A stretch of 64,000 nt of DNA from Calditrichia bacterium (GTDB lineage Bacteria; Calditrichota; Calditrichia; JAJRVZ01). This document shows positions 54,208 to 64,000 of the stretch, piece after piece. The DNA lies in the NCBI GenBank assembly GCA_963796965.1, contig CAWCNS010000011.1:640001-704000 (forward strand), given 5' to 3'. Numbering within the stretch: the first letter of the stretch is position 1; every line of letters starts with the position of its first letter. The notes beneath the pieces were generated by a model, which was not told the origin of the DNA, did not search any database, and worked only from the letters and a program-made list of their open reading frames with translations. The translations under genes and the position numbers were made by a program.

Positions 54208-56298
54208 CTATCCTGATCCTTGAATTAGAGATTTTATGATGATTTCCAGATCTAACCAAATATTTTGATTCTTTAAATAGTACAATTCGTACTGTTCCCT
54301 CTCCTTATTTGACTCCAATCTGCTTTCATTAGATTGCAATAATCCAAAAAGACCAGGTTTGTAATAATAAATGGGTTGAATGTCTTTAATTATCCTAAAC
54401 GGAGCACCAACAAATGACAATCTTCCTTTAAAGATATAAATATGAAGTAACAGTTTATTTAATAATCCTGAAAATGGATTCTTCCAACTTTGTTTAATTG
54501 CCACTTTTTCACTGTTTTCCCCCCAAATATAAAAGGTTTTAAAAGATCTCCAGCGAATAAGTAATAGAATACTCCAGATTGGTAGTGTTATTAATAGGAC
54601 TATTACAGATCCTATAAGGTCAAAAGCCCTCTTTAAAATCCGATTATAAGGTTTACCAATTGCATAATCGATATCTAGTAATTGATAATCGGTAAATCTC
54701 TCAACGCTGGCTTTACCGATAATCACTTCCAGGTTTTGTGGTATAATTTTATATTCCACATTACTGCTGCCAATCATTGACATGGTTTTAATAATCGTCT
54801 CATAGGCAATGTTATGCGTGGAAAAAATTACCTGATCAACTTTTTCTAATCTGATATACTCCTTCATATTGTCAACAGTAGTTACAATAGGGACATTTTT
54901 AATTTTCTCGCCGACTTCTTTGGTAGATAAGGATACCAAACCTACTAAATCTATACCTGTTTTAACATGCTGCTTTATCTTCTCGATCAGGTTTTCTGTT
55001 CTTTTATCTGTGCCAACTAGAACTGTACGCCGCTTTAAAATATCTCTTCCCAGCGTACTCCCGGCACCCCTCCAGTATCGCCTAACCATAAGGCGCCAAA
55101 CCATCATCACCAACGTACTAAAAAATGCTGCAATAACCACTACCATTCGTGAAAATCCAAATTGTTTCATAAAGAAAGTCAGGGCGGAGAGAATAAAGAA
55201 TGTAGCAAAATTTGTTTTAAAAATTTTCACCAAAGAGAAACGATAGGTTTTGTACAGGTCCAAAGAAAAGGCCGCAATTGAAAAAATCATCGTTGCCAAC
55301 AGGTTGATGATGATATAGTGGTTAAAAAATTCATCAAAACTAAATCCTGACTTAAACTCAAATCTCACAATGAATGTCAGGAGTATCACCAGGTTTATTA
55401 AAAATATATCCAGCAGAAAAGAGAAATTTGAGATAATGCTATTCTTGATATAAATAAAAGTGCCGCGTAAAAATACGCCAAGCAATATTAACCAACCAAC
55501 AAGTGCAAAATACTTTTGATGAAAATGTTTTTTATAGAACAGGTAAAGGGAGCGATTAAAATTAATCACATAGTCGATGTTATTTTTTTTTGTACTCTCC
55601 CCTTTATAATGGATAAGGCTCGAATCCGGTACATAGTAAATTTTCCATCCTGACTGTGTAATCCGGTAACAATAGTCCACATCCTCACAATACATAAAAT
55701 AATCTTCATCCAATAGACCAACATCTTCATATGCGGCCCGGCGGATAAACATGAAAGAACCTGATATCGCATCCACCTGATTTATTTCGTTCTCATCAAG
55801 ATAGGTTAGGTTGTAGCGTGCAAAAGTTTTACTTTTAGGAAAGAGTTTGCTCAGGCCAATTTGTTTCCAGAAGGCTGTCATTGGAGTAGGTATGCTGTGG
55901 CGCGAGTCAATAGAAAAACTGCCATTCGGATTTAATATCTTACATGTAGCAGCCCCAGCATCCGGATGATCGCTCATAAAACTGATTAGAGATGTAAATG
56001 TATCTTCTTGTACAACCGTATCCGGATTGATAAGGACAATATATTCACCTGACGACTTTTGAATGGCAAGGTTGTTCGCAGCTGCAAAACCTACATTTGA
56101 TTTATTTTCGATGATCAATACTTCCGGGAAAGTATTCTTCAACATCTCCACTGATCCATCTACAGATGCATTATCAACTACAAATATCTCTGCGGATATA
56201 TCCTGGAGTGCTCTTTGTATTGATTCAAGAGCATGCATAAGGAAATCACGTACGTTGTAGTTAACAATAATTATGGAGACTAAATTTTTTTCTGACAT
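54208..56298 (-). CDS. GT2 glycosyltransferase fused to a WcaJ-like TM/Rossmann module and a degenerate monotopic PGT domain
   Basis: IIIVNYN, VVDNAS.DGS, INPD, YFMYCEDVD (GT2); TMs; KRAFD, G.LSFVG, KPGL.G, Y...Q..WLDL.I. No DELP motif. Confidence 0.85.
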   Translation of the reverse strand: MSEKNLVSIIIVNYNVRDFLMHALESIQRALQDISAEIFVVDNASVDGSVEMLKNTFPEVLIIENKSNVGFAAANNLAIQKSSGEYIVLINPDTVVQEDTFTSLISFMSDHPDAGAATCKILNPNGSFSIDSRHSIPTPMTAFWKQIGLSKLFPKSKTFARYNLTYLDENEINQVDAISGSFMFIRRAAYEDVGLLDEDYFMYCEDVDYCYRITQSGWKIYYVPDSSLIHYKGESTKKNNIDYVINFNRSLYLFYKKHFHQKYFALVGWLILLGVFLRGTFIYIKNSIISNFSFLLDIFLINLVILLTFIVRFEFKSGFSFDEFFNHYIIINLLATMIFSIAAFSLDLYKTYRFSLVKIFKTNFATFFILSALTFFMKQFGFSRMVVVIAAFFSTLVMMVWRLMVRRYWRGAGSTLGRDILKRRTVLVGTDKRTENLIEKIKQHVKTGIDLVGLVSLSTKEVGEKIKNVPIVTTVDNMKEYIRLEKVDQVIFSTHNIAYETIIKTMSMIGSSNVEYKIIPQNLEVIIGKASVERFTDYQLLDIDYAIGKPYNRILKRAFDLIGSVIVLLITLPIWSILLLIRWRSFKTFYIWGENSEKVAIKQSWKNPFSGLLNKLLLHIYIFKGRLSFVGAPFRIIKDIQPIYYYKPGLFGLLQSNESRLESNKEREQYELYYLKNQNIWLDLEIIIKSLIQGSG

Positions 56299-56402
56299 TT
56301 TATAGTTTATTTGCTAGTAAACAATCAACCCGCCCAATTATTAGTCACAGAGGGTACAGAGATAACTTTTTGATAGAACAATAATTATTAATTGGCAATT
56401 TC

Positions 56403-58841
56403 TTACCGCGTAAGCCTGATAAAATACCTGGCAATTGCCCGAACAATAATTCTAAGATCAAATCCCAGAGACATATTCTCCAGATAAAACAGATCCTGGC
56501 GAAATTGTTCTGTTTTCATCTCAAACTTGGATGAGGCCGGTACTCTCAATTGCGCCCAGCCTGTGATACCGGGTCGGATCATAAATCGTCTGTTATAAAA
56601 ACGAATCTTTAACTTCAGTTTATCTACGATATCTCTCGGCTCCGCATTTGGCCCAACAACAGACATGGAACCGATTATAACATTTAATAAATTAGGAAAA
56701 TAGTGGAGTTTCAGCTTTTTTAGATAGATTTCAAACTTTTCCCGACCTTCACCTGTATTGAACTGTACCAAACCAAAAATTCTTCCATTGCGACCCACAC
56801 GATCGTGAATTTTAAAAATGGGTTGAATGCCCATGGTCATTTGAAAAAGAATGACAATTAAAAATATAGGAGATAGTATGATTAACATTATAAATGCAAA
56901 TCCAAAATCTATTATCCGCTTTGCTAACCACTGCCAGGGAAGCATATGTTCAGGAAAAAGTCGAATCAAAGGATGTCCAAGAACTTCTTCAGTCTTCAAT
57001 CCGGAAATAACATCATACATCTCCGGAATCACTTTAAAGGAGACGCGTAGGTTTTCTCCCTGTGCAACAATATTGAGTATTTCATCAGGAGATTGATTGT
57101 CAATGGCAATAATAACTTCTGCAATACCTCTGTTACGGATAATTTTTGATATTTGTTTATACGTCCCCAGATAAGGTAGATTGTCAATTTTTTTCTCAGG
57201 TCGGGATTTAGCCACAAATCCAATTATATGATAGAGCAGATGTGGATTTCTTTCAATCTCATCTATTATTCTGAGCGCCTTTTTATCAGAGCCAACTAAA
57301 AGTGTATTATGGGGTGCATATTCTAACAAAGCCAGTTTTTTTTCAACAGAGATTATAAATAATCTTCCGGCATTGACAAGCAACATTAAGATAATGGCAT
57401 AGATGAGAATATTTAGACGTGCTACACTAAAAATTCTCCCTGGATCAAGTGTAATTATGAATAGAATAAATGCGCCAAATAATATAACACGACTTACACG
57501 GATCACGTTATCAAAACGGGAAACATCCCAGCGCATGCTATAAAGTCCATTTAAAATGAAAAGAAAGATAAAAAAACTGGTCGCAAGTAACCAAATGCCT
57601 GAGTTGAAATAATAATCTAATGAGAGAAATGTTGGATTATCAAAAAGACCGGAATGGAATCTAATTATATAAGTAAAAATTAAGGACAGGTTAAGCATTA
57701 TAACATCTGATATTGCCAGAGAAAACTTATGCCAGATTCGCCTCATCGAAAGAGGTGCCATCTCTTTTTTCACTTCAATTATCTCTTGTTCACCCACATA
57801 TGTTTTAATCTTCTGTGCTTCTAAATAACCCAATCTATAGAGACTAAAAATAGCTATGATGAATATAAGTAGAACAATCAACCCGCCAATCAAACCGGTT
57901 TCAGTGGCAATTAAATAAGCAGCCAGACCAAATAAAAAACTGAAGAGAAAAATAATATGAACAGCCTGGCGGTGGGATAATCCAAGGAATAACAAACGAT
58001 GATGCAGGTGGTCTTTATCGGGACTGAAAGGATGCTGTCCTTTATTTAAACGCCTGAAGAAGGCGAGAGCGGTGTCACCAATCGGTACAGCCAGAGTAAT
58101 AATTGGCACCAGTAAGGCAATATTCCCCTCTGACTTTTGCAATCCCTTTACCGATAGTGCAGCAATTAGAAATCCGAGAAAAAGTGACCCCGTATCACCC
58201 ATAAAAATGCTGGCTGGATGATAATTGAAATACAGGAAACCAAGGATACCACCAATAAAAGCAATGCAAATGGCAAAGGTCATCCAATCCTGTTGCTGAT
58301 AAGCTAGGACAGAGAATGTTGCCAGGGCAATCAAACTGACTCCGGCAGCCAATCCATCAAGTCCATCCAAAAGATTGATAGCATTCGTAATACCAATAAG
58401 CCATAAATAGGTGATTGGAATCGAGAATAATCCTAATTGAATTGGATCACCAAAAGGATTTATGATTGTTTCAATTTTACAACCAGAGTAAATAACAATT
58501 GTAGAGGCAACCAATTGTAAAATAAATTTTTCCCGCGCTTTCAAACCTTTTGTATCATCAATAATGCCTGAAGCAAGCATCAACAATGCCCCGGTAAGAA
58601 TACCTGCATACTTAAGAGTAAACATATTCCAATAGTATTCTTTCCAGGTTAAAGCAACCAATAAACCAAATGCCCCTCCAATGAAAATACCAAGACCTCC
58701 CATGTGCGGGATAAAGCCCGTATGAACCTTGCGTTTATTTGGAACAGTGCCTATTCCATTTTTTATTGCCAGATGACGGGTGCCATAGGTAGAAAGAAAA
58801 CCGAGGACAATCGATATAGCGAGTATAATATAACTTTCCAT
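56403..58841 (-). CDS. WecA/TagO-type polytopic phosphoglycosyl transferase fused to a WcaJ-like module with a degenerate monotopic PGT domain
   Basis: P..RK.H...P.MGG, G.IDD, NA.NL.DGLDGL, FMGDTGS, D..HLHH; then KR.ID, RVG.NG..F, NV..G.MS.VGP, RPGITGWAQ, DL.Y..N.S...DL.I. Confidence 0.88.
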   Translation of the reverse strand: MESYIILAISIVLGFLSTYGTRHLAIKNGIGTVPNKRKVHTGFIPHMGGLGIFIGGAFGLLVALTWKEYYWNMFTLKYAGILTGALLMLASGIIDDTKGLKAREKFILQLVASTIVIYSGCKIETIINPFGDPIQLGLFSIPITYLWLIGITNAINLLDGLDGLAAGVSLIALATFSVLAYQQQDWMTFAICIAFIGGILGFLYFNYHPASIFMGDTGSLFLGFLIAALSVKGLQKSEGNIALLVPIITLAVPIGDTALAFFRRLNKGQHPFSPDKDHLHHRLLFLGLSHRQAVHIIFLFSFLFGLAAYLIATETGLIGGLIVLLIFIIAIFSLYRLGYLEAQKIKTYVGEQEIIEVKKEMAPLSMRRIWHKFSLAISDVIMLNLSLIFTYIIRFHSGLFDNPTFLSLDYYFNSGIWLLATSFFIFLFILNGLYSMRWDVSRFDNVIRVSRVILFGAFILFIITLDPGRIFSVARLNILIYAIILMLLVNAGRLFIISVEKKLALLEYAPHNTLLVGSDKKALRIIDEIERNPHLLYHIIGFVAKSRPEKKIDNLPYLGTYKQISKIIRNRGIAEVIIAIDNQSPDEILNIVAQGENLRVSFKVIPEMYDVISGLKTEEVLGHPLIRLFPEHMLPWQWLAKRIIDFGFAFIMLIILSPIFLIVILFQMTMGIQPIFKIHDRVGRNGRIFGLVQFNTGEGREKFEIYLKKLKLHYFPNLLNVIIGSMSVVGPNAEPRDIVDKLKLKIRFYNRRFMIRPGITGWAQLRVPASSKFEMKTEQFRQDLFYLENMSLGFDLRIIVRAIARYFIRLTR

Positions 58842-58948
58842 AATACCTTTAACATAAAATTATTCAAATACATCTTGTATACACAAGACAATAGGAATCA
58901 CATGTATAAATAGTACCAACAGTATAACAAATTTGACAAATTCAATTG

Positions 58949-61090
58949 CTATCGAACGAGTAATAGTTTTTTAATGTATTTTTTATTCACCGATGATGCA
59001 ACGAAAAAGTAATGACCAGTCGAGACAGATTCACCTCTATCATTTTGACCATTCCAAATAAAAACATAATTGTTATCGTTTTGACTATTTTCTGGCTTAA
59101 ATGTACGTATTTTCTGACCCAAAACATTGTGAATCGTAAAGACAATCTTATTCTTATTCTCTCTGTCTGGAATCTTCAATTTTATTTTTATTTGAGAATT
59201 GAACGGATTCGGATAGGCAATAAAAGTGCTATCTCCATCTGTTTCGGTCAGGGACTCGTTGATTGATGTTAGTAATTCTGTTTCGTCTAAACAATCATAA
59301 CAAACCTCTCCACCACGACTAGGTTCCAAACATAAAAAGGCGGTATATTGTGAAAGAATTCTTTCATCTATACTATAATCAATAATTTCACTCACGATAT
59401 CATTTCTTGGCGTTTGGGCTTCAAGTGATTGAATCTGGTTTCCCGCCCAAATGGTTGAACCTAATGAATCACAAGCCTGGATAGCACTTTCTTCAATTTT
59501 AATTTGCTGAGAGAAAACATCGGAGAAATATACTCCCGAGGCTTCAATTATGAACGGCAGGGTACCTCTGTATTTACCCACTTGTAAAATCGGACGATTA
59601 AGATAGATAGAGTTGGATTCTTCTCTAAGATAAAACCGGCCATAACAAAATCCATCCTGAACTTTCGTATGTAGGTCAAAAGAAGTAATAAATCCACTCA
59701 ATGAATAAAAGGCTGAGCTGGTTAATTCAGAAAATGATAAACCGGAACGGGCATAAAAATAATTGCCCGTTGTTAATCTTGTTATATTTGTATAGAAGTA
59801 CTCATTACCATAATAATATCTCCCTCCAATATACCGCACTGAAAAGTTAAATTGTTGAAAATCAGCTACATGCAGCGGCAATGGTGTCTCCATCAAATCC
59901 ATCAAATCATCAATGAGCTGGTTGGCCATTTCAAAGTCACCAACTTGATCCGAATTTGAGATAAGAACCAGACTGGCATCATTTCCGTGCTCGTTTATAA
60001 ATTCAATGCCATTTGCCAGTAGCGAGGGTAGATTGCTGTAGCTGGCAAGGTCATCTTCACTGAGTTGATTAAATGTATTTTCTATTGTCATTGAATCAGC
60101 AGGTAACCAGGAATCACTGATTCTATAGGTTTTTACTGTGAGAAAATAAGATTAAATGAATCTGTTGCTGCAAAATTTGCATGAAGGAGAGATTTTGTGG
60201 TTGAAAGAATTTCGTTTTTAGTAACCTCACTTTTTGAGGCATCGTAATCAAATAAAATTACAACCTTATATGCAGAGGATAGATCCAAAGCCTGCGATGG
60301 CAGGATAGCTGCTTGATAGTATCCGCCATCTTCCGTTTTATAATGATTCAGAAACACGCCATTGTTAAAAGGCGCATCAACCGAAAAGTGTAGATTACTA
60401 TATATTGATTCTTGAGGGATATCAAGACGTAAATAATTTCCAAAAAGAGAGTCGTATTCACTTTTAAATGTTAAGTCTGAAAATTCAATTATTTTGGGAT
60501 TTTTCCAAAATTCATCCAACCAGGTTAGGAAATAGAAATTTTCCAAATTATATTTTGAGGTTCTAAGCAAATTTGTCGGCAGAGAAGCAATTACTTCATT
60601 TGTATTCCATTGGGTTGGTACTAAATATGTGATTTTTACTTTGCGGGTTTCTTCTCCGGCCATTGGGAATATTCGGAGTTCATATGATCGCGGCCCAATC
60701 TTATAAAGTATGGATGGATCCCTCCTTCTTTTAACAATATCTTCATAAATTGATTGGGCGGTCCACTTATCCATGATTTCACCCCTGATAATCTCATCTT
60801 CTATCCACAGCCAGGAATCATGGACAATTGAACCTTCAGGCAAATCAAACTTAAACTGAACTTCGAGCGTATCAGAATTTGAAAAATTTAATCCTCTTGC
60901 TGAAAATGTTAAATATAAACCACATTCCATATATAATCCACGGGGTTTAACAGATATAACAGACTTCTTCTATAGTTCCGGTCCCCCCTCTCCATCCCCT
61001 CGGATCACTCACATATAATCTGTCATAAGCATGGCTGATGTTGAACAAAAAAAGTAAGATCAATCCTATCAATCTAAAATTTGCATTCAT
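58949..61090 (-). CDS. secreted VIT/vWA-like protein with C-terminal sorting domain; several frameshifts (~61078, ~60985, ~60963, ~60135)
   Basis: GGAGG RBS, ATG 61090 and signal peptide; F.LP..S.V....LW...A..IYE.IV.RRRDP..L...RIFP (VIT-like); YPNPFN...W.G.N..G..VSTG.Y CTD. Confidence 0.7.
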
Positions 61091-61172
61091 GATGATCTCC
61101 TCCAAATTAAAGAGCAATATGCAAGCAAAAAATCAAATTTAGTATCTGAGGACTCTGAGTAAACGCGTAATT

Positions 61173-62408
61173 TCATTTTGGTGCGTTTATTAATTTTTCT
61201 ATTAACTTCAGATATTGATCTGCTAATTCATTTCGATCAAAATGCTTTTCAACATAATTTCGACCGTTTTTACCAAGAGAGACAGCATATGCCTGATCTT
61301 TTTTTATCAAAAGGATTTGCTTCGCTAAGTCCTGAGGATTTTCTGGTAATACGGCAATGCCGGCCTTAGCATCTTTGACAACAAGATTTTTGGATTCTCC
61401 TTCTACACTTATCAGAATTGGCTTAGCCATCGCCATAATCTCAAATATTTTTGAGGGTATTACACATTTAAAGAGGGGCAAATTTCTCAATGTTACCAGT
61501 ACTGCGTCACTCGCAGCATAGTAATGAGGTAAATCATCTTTAGAAATCTGATCAATAAATTTTACATTTTTGAGGTTTAACTGCTTGGCTTGCCGGATTA
61601 AATTATTTTTTTCGGCACCTTCTCCAATAAAAAGGAACTTAATTAGAGGTTGATCCTTTAAGAGTTCTGCTGTTCTAAGCACAGAGTCCAGAGCATGCGA
61701 CAATCCGTGGGTTCCGATATAAGATATGATAAAATTGTTTTGTGAATTCAATCCGCGCCTTACCTCTGCCCCATCACAGAGATGATTAAACAGTTCCAGA
61801 TCAACGCCATTTTTGATTATACTGATCTTATTCGCCGGGACACCTCGTTTTGTTAATATCTCTACTGTAGAGTCAGCTACTCCCACAATATGAATAGCCT
61901 TGTGGTAAAGAAACATTTCGATTGCTTCGAGCATTTTAATAATTAATCTATTTTTTAACAGACCTAATTGAATAATCGATTCCGGCCAAAGATCGCGAAC
62001 TTCAAATATGAATGGAACATTTTTTAAACGGCTTATAGCATACCCGGCGATACCGACAAAAAACTGAGGACTTGAAGCAATAATAATATCTTGTTTGCCG
62101 CTCTGAGAGGCACCCTGTATTATACTGGAAAGCATGAAAGACATGTCACTTAATATACGCTTGAAAAAGCCTTCATTTGGTGTGGCATAAACATAGGTAC
62201 GAATAACTGAAATCCCCTCCCGGGACTCACGCATGAAGGATTTTCCACGATATTCGGGAGGTATAATCCCTGTGGGGTGATGGGGGAAGCCTGTAATTAC
62301 TGAAACTTCTGCACCTTTTTTTGCCCAACGGCGGGATAGCTCAAATATTCTCGCCGAAGGTGCTCCCATTTCAGGAGGAAAGTATTGTGATAAATACAGG
62401 ATTTTAAT
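61173..62408 (-). CDS. GT4 glycosyltransferase, WbuB-like
   Basis: (I)KILYLSQYFPPEMGAP, EVRDLWPES, NGVD, G..G.SH.L and PSKIFE.MA..KP motifs. The in-frame extension to ATT at 62408 follows an AAAGGA RBS. Confidence 0.9.
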   Translation of the reverse strand: MKILYLSQYFPPEMGAPSARIFELSRRWAKKGAEVSVITGFPHHPTGIIPPEYRGKSFMRESREGISVIRTYVYATPNEGFFKRILSDMSFMLSSIIQGASQSGKQDIIIASSPQFFVGIAGYAISRLKNVPFIFEVRDLWPESIIQLGLLKNRLIIKMLEAIEMFLYHKAIHIVGVADSTVEILTKRGVPANKISIIKNGVDLELFNHLCDGAEVRRGLNSQNNFIISYIGTHGLSHALDSVLRTAELLKDQPLIKFLFIGEGAEKNNLIRQAKQLNLKNVKFIDQISKDDLPHYYAASDAVLVTLRNLPLFKCVIPSKIFEIMAMAKPILISVEGESKNLVVKDAKAGIAVLPENPQDLAKQILLIKKDQAYAVSLGKNGRNYVEKHFDRNELADQYLKLIEKLINAPK

Positions 62409-62552
62409 TATTACGATCCTTTAATATATTTTTGTTTTTAGAAATCACTTAAAAGAAGGTTTTAAATCTAAGAAATAATTTTGATTTATGTTACCTATAT
62501 TTGAACAAATAAATCGTGATAAATATCACGCAAAGGGTGAACACAAGAGATA

Positions 62553-64000
62553 CTATTCAGGACCAAGGAAATATTCTTTTGCACTCGAGAGAGTATCTTC
62601 AGGAGCGATCAGATAGGATATGGTTTTAGCAGGTATCAACTTAGGGGAAATAACGATTTTCTTTGATTCGATATTTTTACCAAACTCGGGAGTATAAATC
62701 CACTCTTCAATTTCAAGGTCGTATTGATCTGAATTAAATATAATAAAACAAACATCATGTCCTGCGGATAAGCGAATTTCTCCATCAATAACATCTATAT
62801 GGCATTTCGGATTTGGATGAATGATTGATTGCAATGAATCTAATTGTTTTGTTTTAACCTTATCCCGGATGAGTATATATTTATTTTCGATTATTCTTAC
62901 TTCCCGATGATGTTCATATAATCGGCTACGTAATAGATTGTTCTCATATTTTCCCTGAAAAATTAAAATATTGCCATCTTTCTTTACTTCCACCTGGGGA
63001 GATTTTATTCTACGGCCCAAACGGAATGATTTCCAGAATTGTCCTGGCTCTAATTCATTTACATACAATGTATTATGGCCAGTAATGCTTCTTGCCTTTT
63101 GACGCAATTCCGTATCCAAATACTCACCAGGTCCTGAATCAACAATAAATCTTGTACCCTTATAGGAATATTCGTAACTAAACACATCTCCATGAGCATG
63201 ACCTGGTTGATAAACGGCCCCAAGTTTACCCCCATCTATTATCAGATAGTGATCTTGTGTTCTAAAAATATAATAGCCCGAGGAATCAAGCGATTCAATA
63301 TCTGCAAAATCATCCAAGCTAATTGTTTTCTTGAGAATTTGCTCGGTATATTCTTTCAACTGATCAAATCTCAAAGCTATGTTGAATGCGGAATCCCCAA
63401 ACAAGGGTATATTTCCATCAGGCTGAATGATCTTATATAGCCAAACCAACATCTTCGTCGCCTGATCATCCCAATACTCTCTATTAATATGATTTCCATT
63501 CGATTGATAAACTGAACAAAAATTCAAAATATCTAGTATATCTTCCAGAACAATCGAATGATACATGGGCGAGAGTTCGAAATGGCCACCATCAGGCAAT
63601 ATCTGCTCGTTTAATTCTACCTCGAGAATTTTTTGACCTCTTTTTAACCATATATTTTGATTAAAGAATAGACCGGCAATTAATAAAGCTTTGGCATTTT
63701 TAAATAAATGATTAGCACCGATATGAAATTCTATATATTTGGAAAGATAGGCACTTTGATGATAAATACTTTTTATAAAAGTATTTTCAAATTCAAAATC
63801 TTGTTCGATAAACTGATAATTATAGTGATAAAAATAAATCCAATTGACAATTCTGAGAGAAAGTGGGTATGGCTCCCAACCATTTCCAAAACCTATCGGA
63901 TTAGAATTAATCCACTCTTCTATAATACATTTTTTTATCTCATAGATTTCTTTTGACTCATTCTGTTCCTCAGAAATCAGATAATCAAAATAGTGCAAAT
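62553..64000 (-). CDS. heparinase II/III-like protein of polysaccharide loci, 5'-truncated
   Basis: WEPYPLSLRIVNW, ANHL..N, EQILPDGGHFELSPMYH, PGHAH.D, VD.G...Y and HNT motifs. Confidence 0.88.
   Translation of the reverse strand, partial: LHYFDYLISEEQNESKEIYEIKKCIIEEWINSNPIGFGNGWEPYPLSLRIVNWIYFYHYNYQFIEQDFEFENTFIKSIYHQSAYLSKYIEFHIGANHLFKNAKALLIAGLFFNQNIWLKRGQKILEVELNEQILPDGGHFELSPMYHSIVLEDILDILNFCSVYQSNGNHINREYWDDQATKMLVWLYKIIQPDGNIPLFGDSAFNIALRFDQLKEYTEQILKKTISLDDFADIESLDSSGYYIFRTQDHYLIIDGGKLGAVYQPGHAHGDVFSYEYSYKGTRFIVDSGPGEYLDTELRQKARSITGHNTLYVNELEPGQFWKSFRLGRRIKSPQVEVKKDGNILIFQGKYENNLLRSRLYEHHREVRIIENKYILIRDKVKTKQLDSLQSIIHPNPKCHIDVIDGEIRLSAGHDVCFIIFNSDQYDLEIEEWIYTPEFGKNIESKKIVISPKLIPAKTISYLIAPEDTLSSAKEYFLGPE

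Noticed and set aside
1..64000. tRNA, rRNA, tmRNA, transposase, integrase or prophage genes
   Set aside because: None recognised by eye; tRNAscan-SE and cmscan would be needed to exclude them formally.

Overview
AT-rich bacterial chromosomal window. The gene repertoire and the YPNPFN-type C-terminal sorting domains suggest an FCB-group/Calditrichota-like organism (inference). Left to right it holds: (1) the start of a 2-oxoacid:ferredoxin oxidoreductase operon and pduO; (2) a housekeeping run cysS-gltX-dedA-ispF-ispD-queA-ruvB-ruvA-ruvC-yebC; (3) doxX, glnS, archease and rtcB; (4) a ~17 kb MoxR/DUF58/BatA-E operon interrupted by a GldA/F/G-like ABC module; (5) methionine gamma-lyase, a secreted M36/M4-like protease, a second MoxR, rlmN and adk; (6) a partner-switching cluster with three GAF-PP2C phosphatases, a STAS protein, an RsbW-like kinase and a REC-GGDEF protein but no sigma factor; (7) upp-plsC-serS; (8) the end of a surface-polysaccharide cluster. 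No tRNA, rRNA, CRISPR array or transposase was seen. Nine genes, including essential cysS, are broken by mostly single-base insertions, most likely long-read consensus errors. The best candidates for new biology are: a ~100-nt sigma54-type small RNA (1255-1354, minus) exposing anti-Shine-Dalgarno CCUCC motifs, with an upstream palindrome; two adjacent glycan genes that each carry a catalytically degenerate monotopic-PGT tail; the Bat/Gld hybrid operon; a Cys-Cys-Cys leader peptide in a structured leader before doxX; and several families of empty intergenic inverted or heptamer repeats. All calls were made by eye; no searches were run.
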